Assembly: GCA_028716485.1 (NCBI GenBank)
Contig: JAQUPS010000005.1
Location: 3,666-67,665, forward strand
From: Patescibacteria group bacterium
GTDB taxonomy: Bacteria; Patescibacteriota; Patescibacteriia; Patescibacteriales; WJLG01
Reading direction: 5' to 3'
DNA length: 64,000 nt
Shown: piece by piece, positions 8,463 through 17,425 of the stretch
How positions within the stretch are numbered: the first letter of the stretch is position 1
Layout of the letters: each line of letters starts with the position of its first letter
The notes under the pieces: generated by a model
The model's input: only the letters and a program-made list of their open reading frames with translations
Databases searched by the model: none
What the model was told of the DNA's origin: nothing
Made by a program: the position numbers and the translations under genes

Positions 8463-8966
8463 CTAATTTTCCAATTTTCCAATTTCATCATTATTTTCAT
8501 CTATCTTCTTCAAATTTTTAGCTTTATCAATAAATAGAATTCCGTCCAGATGGTCGATCTCGTGCTGGATTACCCGGGAAAGAAAACCCGAAGCTTTGAT
8601 TTTATCTTTGGCTCCGGCTCGGTTGCAGAAAACGCAGGTGATTTTTTTATGCCGCTTAACGTCGCCAAAAATTAGAGGTACGGACAGACAGCCTTCCTCG
8701 CCCCATTCTTTCTGCCAGGATTTTTGCACGATTTTCGGATTGAATAATAAAATCGGCCCGTGTTTCGTGTTGACCACGATCAAGCGGACATTCTTGCCGA
8801 TTTGCGGCGCGGCCAAGCCTACGCCTTCTTTCTTAATCATCGTCTCTTCCAAATCAGCGCAAAGCTCCTCGAATTCTTTGGCTGTTATCCGATCTTCGCC
8901 GATTACTTCGGATTTGCGGCGCAAACTTTCCGCCGGTAGGGTTAATATTTTTAAGACTTTAGGCAT
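8463..8966 (-). CDS. def: peptide deformylase
   Basis: Motifs GLAAPQIG, EGCLSVP and HEIDHLDG. Confidence 0.92.
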   Translation of the reverse strand: MPKVLKILTLPAESLRRKSEVIGEDRITAKEFEELCADLEETMIKKEGVGLAAPQIGKNVRLIVVNTKHGPILLFNPKIVQKSWQKEWGEEGCLSVPLIFGDVKRHKKITCVFCNRAGAKDKIKASGFLSRVIQHEIDHLDGILFIDKAKNLKKIDENNDEIGKLEN

Positions 8967-9114
8967 AAATTATCATAACACATAGCACATAACACGTAAC
9001 ACGAATTCCTATGATCATGTTATGTGTTATGAGTTGCGCGTTACGTTATGTAATATTGAGAATTAACCAATATTATGATAAAGTATAGTATTAATACGAT
9101 GAAAATGCAAATTT

Positions 9115-9420
9115 ATGGGGAATGAAAATAAAAGCGAATTTGAAAGCTTGAGTTCGATATTTATTCAAAATAAAAAACGAACGGCTAAGAAGCCGCCGGC
9201 CTATCCCTGGCAGGATTTTGCTTTGCAAGTGGTGGCGGGTTTGGGCGTACCGAATTTTAAGCGCGCCTCGATTTTTAAGATTTGCCGCGATTACCCCAAG
9301 GATTTTGTGGAAAGATGTTTGAACGACACGAAGGAGTTATGCCAGAGCGGAGAGAAGTGGAAGTATTTTTTGAAAGTGGTCGATACAGAAATAAAAAGGA
9401 ACATAGAGCATAGAACATGA
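9115..9420 (+). CDS. hypothetical protein
   Basis: 101-aa ORF with no recognisable motif. Confidence 0.4.
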   Translation: MGNENKSEFESLSSIFIQNKKRTAKKPPAYPWQDFALQVVAGLGVPNFKRASIFKICRDYPKDFVERCLNDTKELCQSGEKWKYFLKVVDTEIKRNIEHRT

Positions 9421-9455
9421 CTTATTAAAATTGCTTCGCGCTCCATGTTCGTTTT

Positions 9456-10253
9456 TTAGTTGGGCAGCGGTTTGAAAATCATGGACAGATAGCCGACGCC
9501 GAAAGGGGATTCGTAGGCGGTTGAGGCGATGTCATAGCCGGTATTGCCCAGGATTCCCAAGAGCATCGCGATGGCCGAAAGTCCGCAAGGCTTGGCTTCG
9601 GCGATCAAGTTTTCGTCAAGATTAAGAAAATCAATAACTGATTTATTTTGCAGCAACTCGATTATTCTCTGGTCAAATTTTGCCGCGCGCGGAGAAAATC
9701 CGGCCGGTGATTTTTTTTCCAAAGTATGAGATAAGTCGCCGGAGGCTAAGACTGCGATTTTTTTTCGGCCTTTTTCTATCTGCGCGCCGATAATTTTTCC
9801 TAAATTGAAATTGGCCAGCAAGCCGGCATGAGCTATGTAAAGCGGGACGACTTCAATATTTTTTTGATTGGCGAGCAGGGAATAAAGCGGCACGCCGCAG
9901 CCATGGTCGAGGGTGGGTTGGGAAATCGCCTGAACCTGATGATGTTCGATTAATTTTTCCCGGATGTTTTGCGCCAGCTCCAAATCGCCGCCAAGATTAA
10001 GCTTGGCGGAAAAATCGCCGAACTCTTCAAAATTAATTTCAAATTCCGGCGCCAGATTGATGCTCCAAGTATCCGGTCTGATCGGGCCGTGCGAAGAAAC
10101 GATAACGATAGTTTCTATTTTTTCCGCCGCCAAATACTCTTCTATTTTAGAATAGGAATTTTTGGTTTTTTCCAGGCGCAAAATATTTTCCTTGCCGATG
10201 GAAGGAATTAATATGGGCGGGTGAGGGACGATAGCGGCAAGTTTAAGCGACAT
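9456..10253 (-). CDS. class III extradiol dioxygenase (LigB/Memo-like) family protein
   Basis: AIVPHPPILIPSIG..., VSSHGP, DHGCGVPLY, LASGDLSH. This pattern is typical of LigB-fold proteins. The substrate is unknown. Confidence 0.6.
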   Translation of the reverse strand: MSLKLAAIVPHPPILIPSIGKENILRLEKTKNSYSKIEEYLAAEKIETIVIVSSHGPIRPDTWSINLAPEFEINFEEFGDFSAKLNLGGDLELAQNIREKLIEHHQVQAISQPTLDHGCGVPLYSLLANQKNIEVVPLYIAHAGLLANFNLGKIIGAQIEKGRKKIAVLASGDLSHTLEKKSPAGFSPRAAKFDQRIIELLQNKSVIDFLNLDENLIAEAKPCGLSAIAMLLGILGNTGYDIASTAYESPFGVGYLSMIFKPLPN

Positions 10254-10261
10254 AAAATTAT

Positions 10262-10333
10262 ATATAATGCGAATGCCGCGAAAATCGCGAATAAATTATC
10301 AATTCATCATTATTCACGTCATTCGCATTAATA
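10262..10333. repeat. dispersed ~75-bp hairpin spacer element, copy 1
   Basis: TAATGCGAATG (10265-10275) pairs perfectly with CATTCGCATTA (10320-10330). It shares the words GAATGCCGCGAA and CGTCATTCGCATTA with 43131-43213. Confidence 0.6.
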
Positions 10334-10337
10334 ACTT

Positions 10338-11741
10338 TTAGAAGTTATTTTCCTTAATCACTTCACCGTTGTTATAGTTGGCGAGGAATTGGGGCGAGAC
10401 ATTGATAATGTTGGATAATTTATAGCCGAGCTTGACAAGCAGATCAGAAGACATGAACGGTCGTTTAACTCCGCCGGCAATCAGATAGATAGCCGGAGAG
10501 TTCGAAGATTTCAAGAGTTCGCCGTCGCCGAAGAGTATCGGGTCGGTAGTCGGGTATTGAGCCAATTCCGCGGCGGCAGCCTTAATAATTTTTTTGTTTT
10601 TAAATTTGTTCGTGAGCACGGCCTTGTCGGGGATGGGGGCTTTTTTGCCTTCGTACACCCAATAAACTCCGCCGGTCTTGCTGTCTTGCAGCAGGGCGCC
10701 GGCCGGATAAGTCGAAGTGGCAGTCAGGGGAACGCCTTCGGGATACGAATTTATATCATTCCAGCCGGCGGCCACGACTTCCGCCGGGTTGTAGCCGAAT
10801 TTCTTGAAGACAGCCTTGGAAGTGAAGCCGCGCTTCTGGTCGTCCACCAAAAGATAAACCGTACCGCGCGGGGAACGGATTAAAGAATAATTGGAAAATC
10901 TGATCGGCGTGCTGGTTCCGAATTTATCCATATCGGCTTTTTCGACCGTAATTATTTTATTAATATTGAATCTTGACGCCAGGACGCTCGGAGAACTAAA
11001 GGCTCTTTTTTTGCCGTCTTGGATCAGCCAAACTGTTTTATCGCCTTTGATCTGCAAAAGCGAACCGTCCGGATAATTGCGGGCGAAATATTTTTGCCAG
11101 AGCGTGTAGAAATTATAATTGCCGTTAAAGACGTGCGGCGTGTAATTATATAAAGCGGCCGTGGCGAGATTGTAAGGCGTGACCAGCGAAGAAGGAGGAT
11201 TGTTATACGCCGAGCAGGTATTATTGAAAGTATAAGTATTGCCCGGGCGATAGCCATATTCAAAGGGGTTCACCATATAATCATAAAATTGCAGGGTGGC
11301 GCTGTTGATTTGTTTCCAAAATCCTTGCCAGCGCGAGTTGCAGCCGCCGCCGTCGGGACAGCCATAGCCCGTGGCCCAATCAAGGCTCCCCTGGGACGGA
11401 TTGGGATCTTCGATCAATCCTTGTTCTTTTTGCAAAAGCACCAGCACGAATCGGGGACTGATCTTGTTGGCCTGACAGACCTCATAGATGGCTTGAGCCG
11501 CGGTTTCACAGACGCCGGTATTGGGATTGGTGACGGTATAAGCGGCCAGATAGCTGCCTTTGCTTTGCAGAAAATTCTGGATATCCTGGGCATCCATTGC
11601 GTTATAATTAAAAATTTCCGCATCACTGATGATGTAATTCGGGTCAAAATCCGGCCGGATGTCCTGCGCCAAAGTTGTTCGGGACAGGCCAAAAACGGCT
11701 ATTATAGATAAGATGACGGCCAAGAGATGTATTTTTTTCAT
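10338..11741 (-). CDS. secreted hypothetical protein (possible cell-wall-binding/hydrolase-like N-domain)
   Basis: Signal peptide MKKIHLLAVILSIIAVFGLSRTTLA. The functional assignment is weak. Confidence 0.5.
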   Translation of the reverse strand: MKKIHLLAVILSIIAVFGLSRTTLAQDIRPDFDPNYIISDAEIFNYNAMDAQDIQNFLQSKGSYLAAYTVTNPNTGVCETAAQAIYEVCQANKISPRFVLVLLQKEQGLIEDPNPSQGSLDWATGYGCPDGGGCNSRWQGFWKQINSATLQFYDYMVNPFEYGYRPGNTYTFNNTCSAYNNPPSSLVTPYNLATAALYNYTPHVFNGNYNFYTLWQKYFARNYPDGSLLQIKGDKTVWLIQDGKKRAFSSPSVLASRFNINKIITVEKADMDKFGTSTPIRFSNYSLIRSPRGTVYLLVDDQKRGFTSKAVFKKFGYNPAEVVAAGWNDINSYPEGVPLTATSTYPAGALLQDSKTGGVYWVYEGKKAPIPDKAVLTNKFKNKKIIKAAAAELAQYPTTDPILFGDGELLKSSNSPAIYLIAGGVKRPFMSSDLLVKLGYKLSNIINVSPQFLANYNNGEVIKENNF

Positions 11742-11852
11742 GAGTAATAAGATAATTATTTTTTAAAGCAATATAGGGATAGTATAATACAATACCGGAC
11801 ATTTTTCAATTGCTGATTGTGGACGCGGAACGCCGAGGGGTAAATTTATGAC

Positions 11853-11921
11853 TTATCCACAGAAAATTTATAAAAATTCACCACAATTTTTTAAACGCAA
11901 TTTAGGACGGGCTGTGGATAA
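11853..11921. promoter_or_regulatory. pair of perfect DnaA boxes (inverted)
   Basis: TTATCCACA at 11853-11861 on the + strand, and TGTGGATAA at 11913-11921 (TTATCCACA on the - strand). Weaker boxes are TTCACCACA at 11877-11885 and TGTGGAC at 11818-11824. Confidence 0.55.
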
Positions 11922-11976
11922 TTTTTGGGTAAATTTCGGGGCTAATTTTTACATAAATCAGGGTGGGGAAGGGGGT

Positions 11977-12005
11977 TTGACGCTGATTTTTTTTAGGTGT
12001 ATAAT
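11977..12005 (+). promoter_or_regulatory. sigma70 promoter of nrdR-nrdD-nrdG
   Basis: TTGACG (11977-11982), 17 nt, then TATAAT (12000-12005) preceded by TG. Confidence 0.65.
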
Positions 12006-12016
12006 ATAATTAGATA

Positions 12017-12064
12017 CCACAAGATATGGGGTTTGAACGTTGATTAAGCCACAAATTATTGATT
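12017..12064 (+). promoter_or_regulatory. tandem NrdR boxes
   Basis: CCACAAGATATGGGGT (12017-12032) and CCACAAATTATTGATT (12049-12064) match the NrdR-box consensus acaCwAtATaTwGtgt (as I recall it) at 12/16 and 11/16 positions. The boxes are 32 bp apart, immediately downstream of the promoter. Confidence 0.6.
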
Positions 12065-12269
12065 AAGTCAATTTCCCCACCTTCGCTCGCCGTAGCCTTG
12101 GCAAAGGCGAGTTTCATTAGAGATTGTGGCGAATGGCAAAGGTAAGATTTATAAAATTATAGCGAGCTCTTCGGTGGACACGACCAACAGGCTTTTATTA
12201 GCTGTAACCTTGGCGAAGGCAAGCTTCGCGGGACAAAGCCCATCTATTATCGTGGCTAATTAAATTTTT

Positions 12270-12740
12270 ATGATTTGCCCTATCTGCTATTTTGAAGATA
12301 CCAAGGTGATTGATTCCCGGGTGGCGTCCGACGGTCTTTCGATCAGGCGGAGAAGAGAGTGCGAAAAATGCGGTTTCCGCTTTTCCACTTTTGAAGAAAT
12401 GGAAATATTGGATTTGACAGTCGTTAAGCGCGACGGCCAGAAAGAAGCTTACAGCCGCGATAAATTGGTTTCCGGTTTGAAAAAAGCCTTGGAAAAACGG
12501 CCGATTGATGATGACGGTTTTAAAAAATTAGTCCATAATATCGAACGGGATATCCAGCAATTGAAAAAGAGCGAGGTGACATCCAGTGAAATCGGCGAAA
12601 TCGTGATGAAACACTTGAAAGAGACCGATGTGGTCGCCTATATCCGCTTTGCCTCGGTTTATGAATCATTCGAAGACGCGAAAGATTTCAAGGAAACTTT
12701 AAATAAGATATTAGAAGATAAGAAAAAAAGCAAGAAGTAA
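12270..12740 (+). CDS. nrdR: transcriptional repressor NrdR
   Basis: Zn-ribbon MICPICYFEDTKVIDSR...CEKCGFRFSTFE followed by an ATP-cone. Confidence 0.92.
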   Translation: MICPICYFEDTKVIDSRVASDGLSIRRRRECEKCGFRFSTFEEMEILDLTVVKRDGQKEAYSRDKLVSGLKKALEKRPIDDDGFKKLVHNIERDIQQLKKSEVTSSEIGEIVMKHLKETDVVAYIRFASVYESFEDAKDFKETLNKILEDKKKSKK

Positions 12741-12812
12741 AAAGCAAAAAATTATTTAAGTTTTTTGTAATTAGACCGGCTCACTTTTAACTTTCCGCTT
12801 TTAATTTCCGTT

Positions 12813-14966
12813 ATGCCAAATATTATATCGCAAATTCGTAAGCGCTCGGGTGAAATCGTTGATTTTAACCGGGAAAAAATTACCGCCGCCGTCAAGAAAG
12901 CGGAAGAATCAGTCGGTATGGCTGATTCTGATTTGGCGGAAAAGCTTACCAATCAGGTCGTCGATAAGCTGTCCCGAAAATTCCATGCCCGCAGCATTCC
13001 GGCGGTCGAAGAAATCCAGGATGTGGTCGAAGAAACTTTGATTGAAAGCAAGCAGATCACTTTGGCCAAGGCGTTTATCCTTTATCGCGACCAGCACCGC
13101 CAGCTGCGCGACTTGAATACTAAAACCAACGACGAAAAATTGATGGAAGATTATCTCGGGCAGGCGGATTGGCGTTTGAAAGAAAACAGCAATATGAGTT
13201 TTTCCGTGCAGGGTTTGAATAATTATCTGGCTTCCTCGATTTCCGCCAAGTATTGGCTTAATAAATTGTATCCGGTCGAGATTCGCGACGCGCACATCAA
13301 CGCTGATCTGCATATTCATGATTTGGGGATGCTGGCGTCGTATTGCGCGGGCTGGAATTTAAAAGATCTTTTAATGCGTGGGTTTTCCGGCGTGGATGAG
13401 AAAACGCAATCCGGGCCGGCCAATCATTTCCGCAGCGCCTTGGGGCAATTGGTGAATTTTCTTTATACTATGCAAGGAGAATTGGCTGGCGCCTGCGCGG
13501 TTTCCAATTTTGACACTTACCTCGCGCCGTTTATCCGTTATGACGGCTTAACCAAGAAAGAAGTAAAACAAGCTTTGCAGGAATTCGTTTTCAATATGAA
13601 TGTGGCGACTCGCGTCGGTTTTCAGACGCCGTTTACCAATGTCACTTTGGATGTCAAACCGATCGGCACTTTGGCCGAGGAATGCGTGATCATCGGCGGG
13701 ATGGTTAAGCCGGAAAAATACAAGGATTTTCAGCCGGAAATAGATATTTTCAATGAAACATTCGCTTCGATAATGCTGGAAGGGGATTCCAAGCACCGGA
13801 TGTTCGCTTTCCCGATTCCGACTTACAATATTGATAAGACTTTTGAATGGGATCGTCCGTCATTGGCAGGAGTTTGGGAGATGACCGCCAAATATGGTAT
13901 TCCTTATTTTTCCAATTTTGTTAATTCCGATATGAAACCGGAAGACGCCCGCAGTATGTGCTGCCGCTTGCGCCTGGACAACCGCGAATTAAGAAAACGC
14001 GGCGGCGGATTGTTCGGCGCCAATCCCTTGACCGGATCAATCGGCGTAGTCACCATCAATCTGGCGCGCATCGGTTTCTTAGCCAAGGATAAAGAGGATT
14101 ATAAATTGCGCCTGGGCCATTTGATGGATTTGGCCAAAGAAAGTTTGGAAATAAAAAGAAAAGTTCTGGAAAGATTCACCGAAGCCGGACTTTATCCTTA
14201 TTCCAAATTTTATCTTTCCGATATCGTGGAAAGATTCGGCAAGTATTGGCAGAACCATTTTTCCACCATCGGCATCAATGGGATGAACGAATCGCTCTTG
14301 AATTTTATGAAGCGCGACATCGCTTCCGCCGAGGGCAAGGCTTTTGCCGTGGAAGTCCTTGATTTCATCCGGGAGCGATTGAAAAATTATCAGAACGAAA
14401 CCAATAATCTTTATAATCTGGAAGCGACGCCGGCCGAAGGAACCACTTATCGTTTTGCCAAGAAAGACAAAGAGATTTATCCCAATATTATCGTGGCCAA
14501 TGACGAAGCGGTGAAGAAAGGCGCGGATCCGTATTACACCAATTCCACGCACTTGCCGGTTAATTATACCAGCGATATTTTCGAGGCGCTGGAATTGCAG
14601 GATGAATTGCAAACCAAATATACCGGCGGCACGGTTTTGCACGGCTTCTTGGGCCAGAAAATAGATGATCCGGAAGCGGCCAAACGCCTGGTCAAGAAAA
14701 TAGTTTATAATTATCATTTGCCTTATTTCACCATCACCCCGACTTTTTCCATCTGTCCTAAACACGGTTATCTGGCCGGCGAGCATAAATATTGCCCCAA
14801 ATGCGACGAGGAAAACGGCTACCGAGAATTAGCGGCCGACGTGTCCGCCGAAGTCCCGCTCGGCGGGACGAAGGGGGGAGAAATGGTCGTGCGCCCAGTC
14901 GTAATTGAAGCAGTTGAAACCAGTCATAGCGGCAAGGAAAGGGATATTATTAACGCCATCGCTTAG
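12813..14966 (+). CDS. nrdD: anaerobic ribonucleoside-triphosphate reductase NrdD, lacking the glycyl-radical C-terminus
   Basis: ATP-cone N-terminus and class III RNR core (..NSDMKPEDARSMCCRLRL.., GGTVLHGFLG, Zn site ICPKHGY..YCPKC). After the Zn site the ORF runs into GC-hairpin-derived sequence and stops without the RVxGY/W glycyl-radical motif. Confidence 0.85.
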   Translation: MPNIISQIRKRSGEIVDFNREKITAAVKKAEESVGMADSDLAEKLTNQVVDKLSRKFHARSIPAVEEIQDVVEETLIESKQITLAKAFILYRDQHRQLRDLNTKTNDEKLMEDYLGQADWRLKENSNMSFSVQGLNNYLASSISAKYWLNKLYPVEIRDAHINADLHIHDLGMLASYCAGWNLKDLLMRGFSGVDEKTQSGPANHFRSALGQLVNFLYTMQGELAGACAVSNFDTYLAPFIRYDGLTKKEVKQALQEFVFNMNVATRVGFQTPFTNVTLDVKPIGTLAEECVIIGGMVKPEKYKDFQPEIDIFNETFASIMLEGDSKHRMFAFPIPTYNIDKTFEWDRPSLAGVWEMTAKYGIPYFSNFVNSDMKPEDARSMCCRLRLDNRELRKRGGGLFGANPLTGSIGVVTINLARIGFLAKDKEDYKLRLGHLMDLAKESLEIKRKVLERFTEAGLYPYSKFYLSDIVERFGKYWQNHFSTIGINGMNESLLNFMKRDIASAEGKAFAVEVLDFIRERLKNYQNETNNLYNLEATPAEGTTYRFAKKDKEIYPNIIVANDEAVKKGADPYYTNSTHLPVNYTSDIFEALELQDELQTKYTGGTVLHGFLGQKIDDPEAAKRLVKKIVYNYHLPYFTITPTFSICPKHGYLAGEHKYCPKCDEENGYRELAADVSAEVPLGGTKGGEMVVRPVVIEAVETSHSGKERDIINAIA

Positions 14967-15157
14967 GCCAATTTAAAGTTACCTTGCCTACCGGCAGGCA
15001 GGAAAATGAAAAATTAAAAATAAGAATTTTAAAATTAATAAACTAAATAAAAATATAAAAAAAAGAATTAAAAACGCCAAATTAGAAATTAAAAATTGCC
15101 CAAGCCTAATAAAATTTTTAACTTTTAATTTTTAACTTTTAATTTTTTAAAGGAGTT

Positions 15158-15301
15158 ATGAGCCCGATCAAAACAAAAAGACAGGAATGCATCATTTACA
15201 GCCGCGTCGTCGGCTGGCTGACGCCGGTAAAAAATTGGAACAAGGGCAAAAAAGCCGAGTTCGTCGACCGGAAGACTTTTGATGTGGATGAGAAGTTTTA
15301 A
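15158..15301 (+). CDS. stand-alone NrdD glycyl-radical domain (47 aa)
   Basis: MSPIKTKRQECIIYSRVVGWLTPVKNWNKGKKAEFVDRKTFDVDEKF matches the canonical NrdD C-terminus (YSRVxG[YW]..P...WN.GK..E...R). AGGAG lies 5 nt upstream of the ATG. It is absent from the ORF track because it is under 60 aa. Confidence 0.75.
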   Translation: MSPIKTKRQECIIYSRVVGWLTPVKNWNKGKKAEFVDRKTFDVDEKF

Positions 15302-15345
15302 CTAATTTCATGACCGGTTAGCTGGTTTCTAACCGGCCTATCGTT

Positions 15346-16086
15346 ATGAAAATCGGTGGTTTGGAAAAATTAAGCTTGATCGATTACCCGGGCGAGTTGT
15401 CAGCAGTTGTTTTTACTATCGGTTGCACGTTCCGCTGCCCGTTTTGCTATAATCCCATGCTTGTCCTGTCCGGTTCGGATAGGAGTGGAGATACTTTGCC
15501 GCGAGGCGAAGAAATAGATAAAGATCATACTCGGTTAAACGAGGATGATCTTTTTCTTTTTTTATCTCGCCGCCAAAATAAGCTGGACGCCGTGGTGATC
15601 ACCGGCGGCGAGCCGACCATGCACCAGGATTTGCCGGAGTTTATCCGGAAAATCAAAAAGCTTGGCTATAAAATAAAGCTCGACACCAACGGCACCAACC
15701 CGGCAATGTTAAAAAAAATAATTTCCGCCAATTTGATCGATTATCTGGCAATGGATATCAAAGCCGCTCCGGCCGATTATCCGCGCGCGACAGGCGTCAA
15801 ATTTGATTTTGAGAAAATCAAGCAAAGTGTTAAAATAATAATGGCGAGCAACTTGCCTTACGAATTCCGCACCACTTGCGTTCCCGGCTTCATCGATGCG
15901 GACGGCATTGCTAAAATAGGGGAGTTAATTAAAGGCGCGGACAAATGGTATTTGCAAAATTTTAAATCAGATGCGGAATTGATTGATAATAACCTGCGCG
16001 GCAAATCCGGGTTTACGGCCGCGGAAATGGAAACATTTGCCAGTATCGGTCGGAAATATGTAAAGAAATGCGAGGTGAGAGGATAA
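15346..16086 (+). CDS. nrdG: anaerobic RNR activating enzyme (radical SAM)
   Basis: CTFRCPFCYNP (CxxxCxxC) and VVITGGEPT. Confidence 0.88.
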   Translation: MKIGGLEKLSLIDYPGELSAVVFTIGCTFRCPFCYNPMLVLSGSDRSGDTLPRGEEIDKDHTRLNEDDLFLFLSRRQNKLDAVVITGGEPTMHQDLPEFIRKIKKLGYKIKLDTNGTNPAMLKKIISANLIDYLAMDIKAAPADYPRATGVKFDFEKIKQSVKIIMASNLPYEFRTTCVPGFIDADGIAKIGELIKGADKWYLQNFKSDAELIDNNLRGKSGFTAAEMETFASIGRKYVKKCEVRG

Positions 16087-16162
16087 TACTAAATATCAGG
16101 TAACAGGTAGCATGTAACATATCGATTCTAAATTTTGTTACTTGATACATGTTGCTTGCCAC

Positions 16163-16432
16163 ATGAAATTTATGGACGAGGAATTAAAAAAATATCTCGA
16201 AAAGAATGTTGAGGATATGGCTGAGATGAAAAAGATGGTCAAGAGCATTAAAAATCATTTTGTCCGCGCGGAAATTTACCAATGGTTGGTGATAATAGTG
16301 TTTATCTTGCCGGTTGTGGTTGCCGGATTTTATCTTTGGCCGATGTTGCAAGGTTTATCCGGCCAATACCAGCAGATTTTAACCAACGGCCTGGGCGCAA
16401 TCACCGGCAGCGACGCCAATTTGCTAAAATAG
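16163..16432 (+). CDS. small membrane protein, hypothetical
   Basis: One hydrophobic helix (IYQWLVIIVFILPVVVAGFYLW). The start is uncertain (ATG at 16163 or 16172). Confidence 0.4.
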   Translation: MKFMDEELKKYLEKNVEDMAEMKKMVKSIKNHFVRAEIYQWLVIIVFILPVVVAGFYLWPMLQGLSGQYQQILTNGLGAITGSDANLLK

Positions 16433-16530
16433 CAATCCCCGGTTGTTTAAAAACTTTATAAAGTTTCAAGGTCTGTTTAGATTTTCAAATCTAAGAAGGA
16501 TAATAATTTTAAACAATATTATTAAGATTC

Positions 16531-17265
16531 ATGCCAAACGAAATAAAAATAGCAATTTTTAAGGGCAAAAAAATTAGAAAAATCATTCATCAAAATGAAT
16601 GGTGGTTTTCGGTTATTGATGTTTGCGAGGCGCTTACTGATAGTGTTGATGCCGGGGCGTATTGGCGGAAATTAAAACAAAGATTGTCAGAAGAAGGAAG
16701 TGAAGTCGTGACATTCTGTCACGGGTTGAAAATGAAAGCTCCTGACGGAAAAATGCGTGAAACCGATTGTGCCGATACAGAGGGAGTTTTTCGTATTATC
16801 CAGTCAATTCCTTCTCCCAAAGCCGAACCATTCAAGCGTTGGCTGGCAAAAGTCGGCTATGAACGAATTCAAGAAATTGCCATTCGAGAAGAATTAATGG
16901 ATGAATGGAATAAAAGAGGAGCCAAGGAACGAAAAGAGTATGAAATTTTGACAGCGGAAATTTCCAAAGCGACTTTTGGCTTGACGCCCAGCCAATATAA
17001 GAAACATAAAAATCTCAAAAGAGAAAATCTCCGCGATCATATGGATGATTTTGAACTGATTTTCTCCATGCTTGGAGAAAAGTCAACTACGGAAATTCAT
17101 CGCACGGAAAATTCTCAAGGCGTGCCAAAATTAAAAGCGGACGCTAAATCCGGAGGCGATATTGCCGGCGGTGCCAGAAAAAAACTTGAAAAACGACTGG
17201 GTCGTTCCGTTGTTTCCAAAAATAATTTTAAGCCGTTAGGCGATCGGAAAAAATTGAGCAAGTAA
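16531..17265 (+). CDS. BRO-N domain protein (phage antirepressor/DinD-like)
   Basis: IRKIIHQNEWWFSVIDVCEAL..., FRIIQSIPSPKAEPFKRWLAKVGYERIQEI. Confidence 0.65.
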   Translation: MPNEIKIAIFKGKKIRKIIHQNEWWFSVIDVCEALTDSVDAGAYWRKLKQRLSEEGSEVVTFCHGLKMKAPDGKMRETDCADTEGVFRIIQSIPSPKAEPFKRWLAKVGYERIQEIAIREELMDEWNKRGAKERKEYEILTAEISKATFGLTPSQYKKHKNLKRENLRDHMDDFELIFSMLGEKSTTEIHRTENSQGVPKLKADAKSGGDIAGGARKKLEKRLGRSVVSKNNFKPLGDRKKLSK

Positions 17266-17283
17266 TGTTTTCCGTGCTATAAT
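17254..17283 (+). promoter_or_regulatory. extended -10 promoter
   Basis: TTGAGC, 18 nt, then TGcTATAAT (TATAAT at 17278-17283). It overlaps the stop of the BRO-N gene. Confidence 0.55.
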
Positions 17284-17354
17284 TAAAACAATAAGAAGTT
17301 AGATTGTGAATAAGCATTAGTATGCTCAAAATTCAGAGGGTAGAGCAAGTAATT

Positions 17355-17377
17355 GAGAGAGAGAGAGAGAGAGAGAG
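17355..17377. repeat. (GA)11.5 dinucleotide microsatellite
   Basis: gagagagagagagagagagagag, counted by hand. Confidence 0.95.
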
Positions 17378-17425
17378 TAAAATCCGCTCGCCGATTTTCA
17401 GCTTGCTCAATTTTATTATTTAAAA

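Noticed and set aside
11742-12270. Chromosomal replication origin (oriC)
   Set aside because: Only two perfect and two weak DnaA boxes are present. There is no adjacent dnaA/dnaN and no obvious AT-rich 13-mer-type unwinding repeats. A regulatory role at the nrd promoter is equally plausible. This cannot be decided without whole-genome skew analysis.
14815-15157. Group I intron or intein interrupting nrdD
   Set aside because: The insert contains stop codons, so it is not an intein. Much of it is the same AT-rich word-type spacer and GC palindrome found between ordinary genes. The downstream piece has its own SD and ATG. I could not see a P7/G-binding-type core by eye. Splicing remains formally untested (see the finding).
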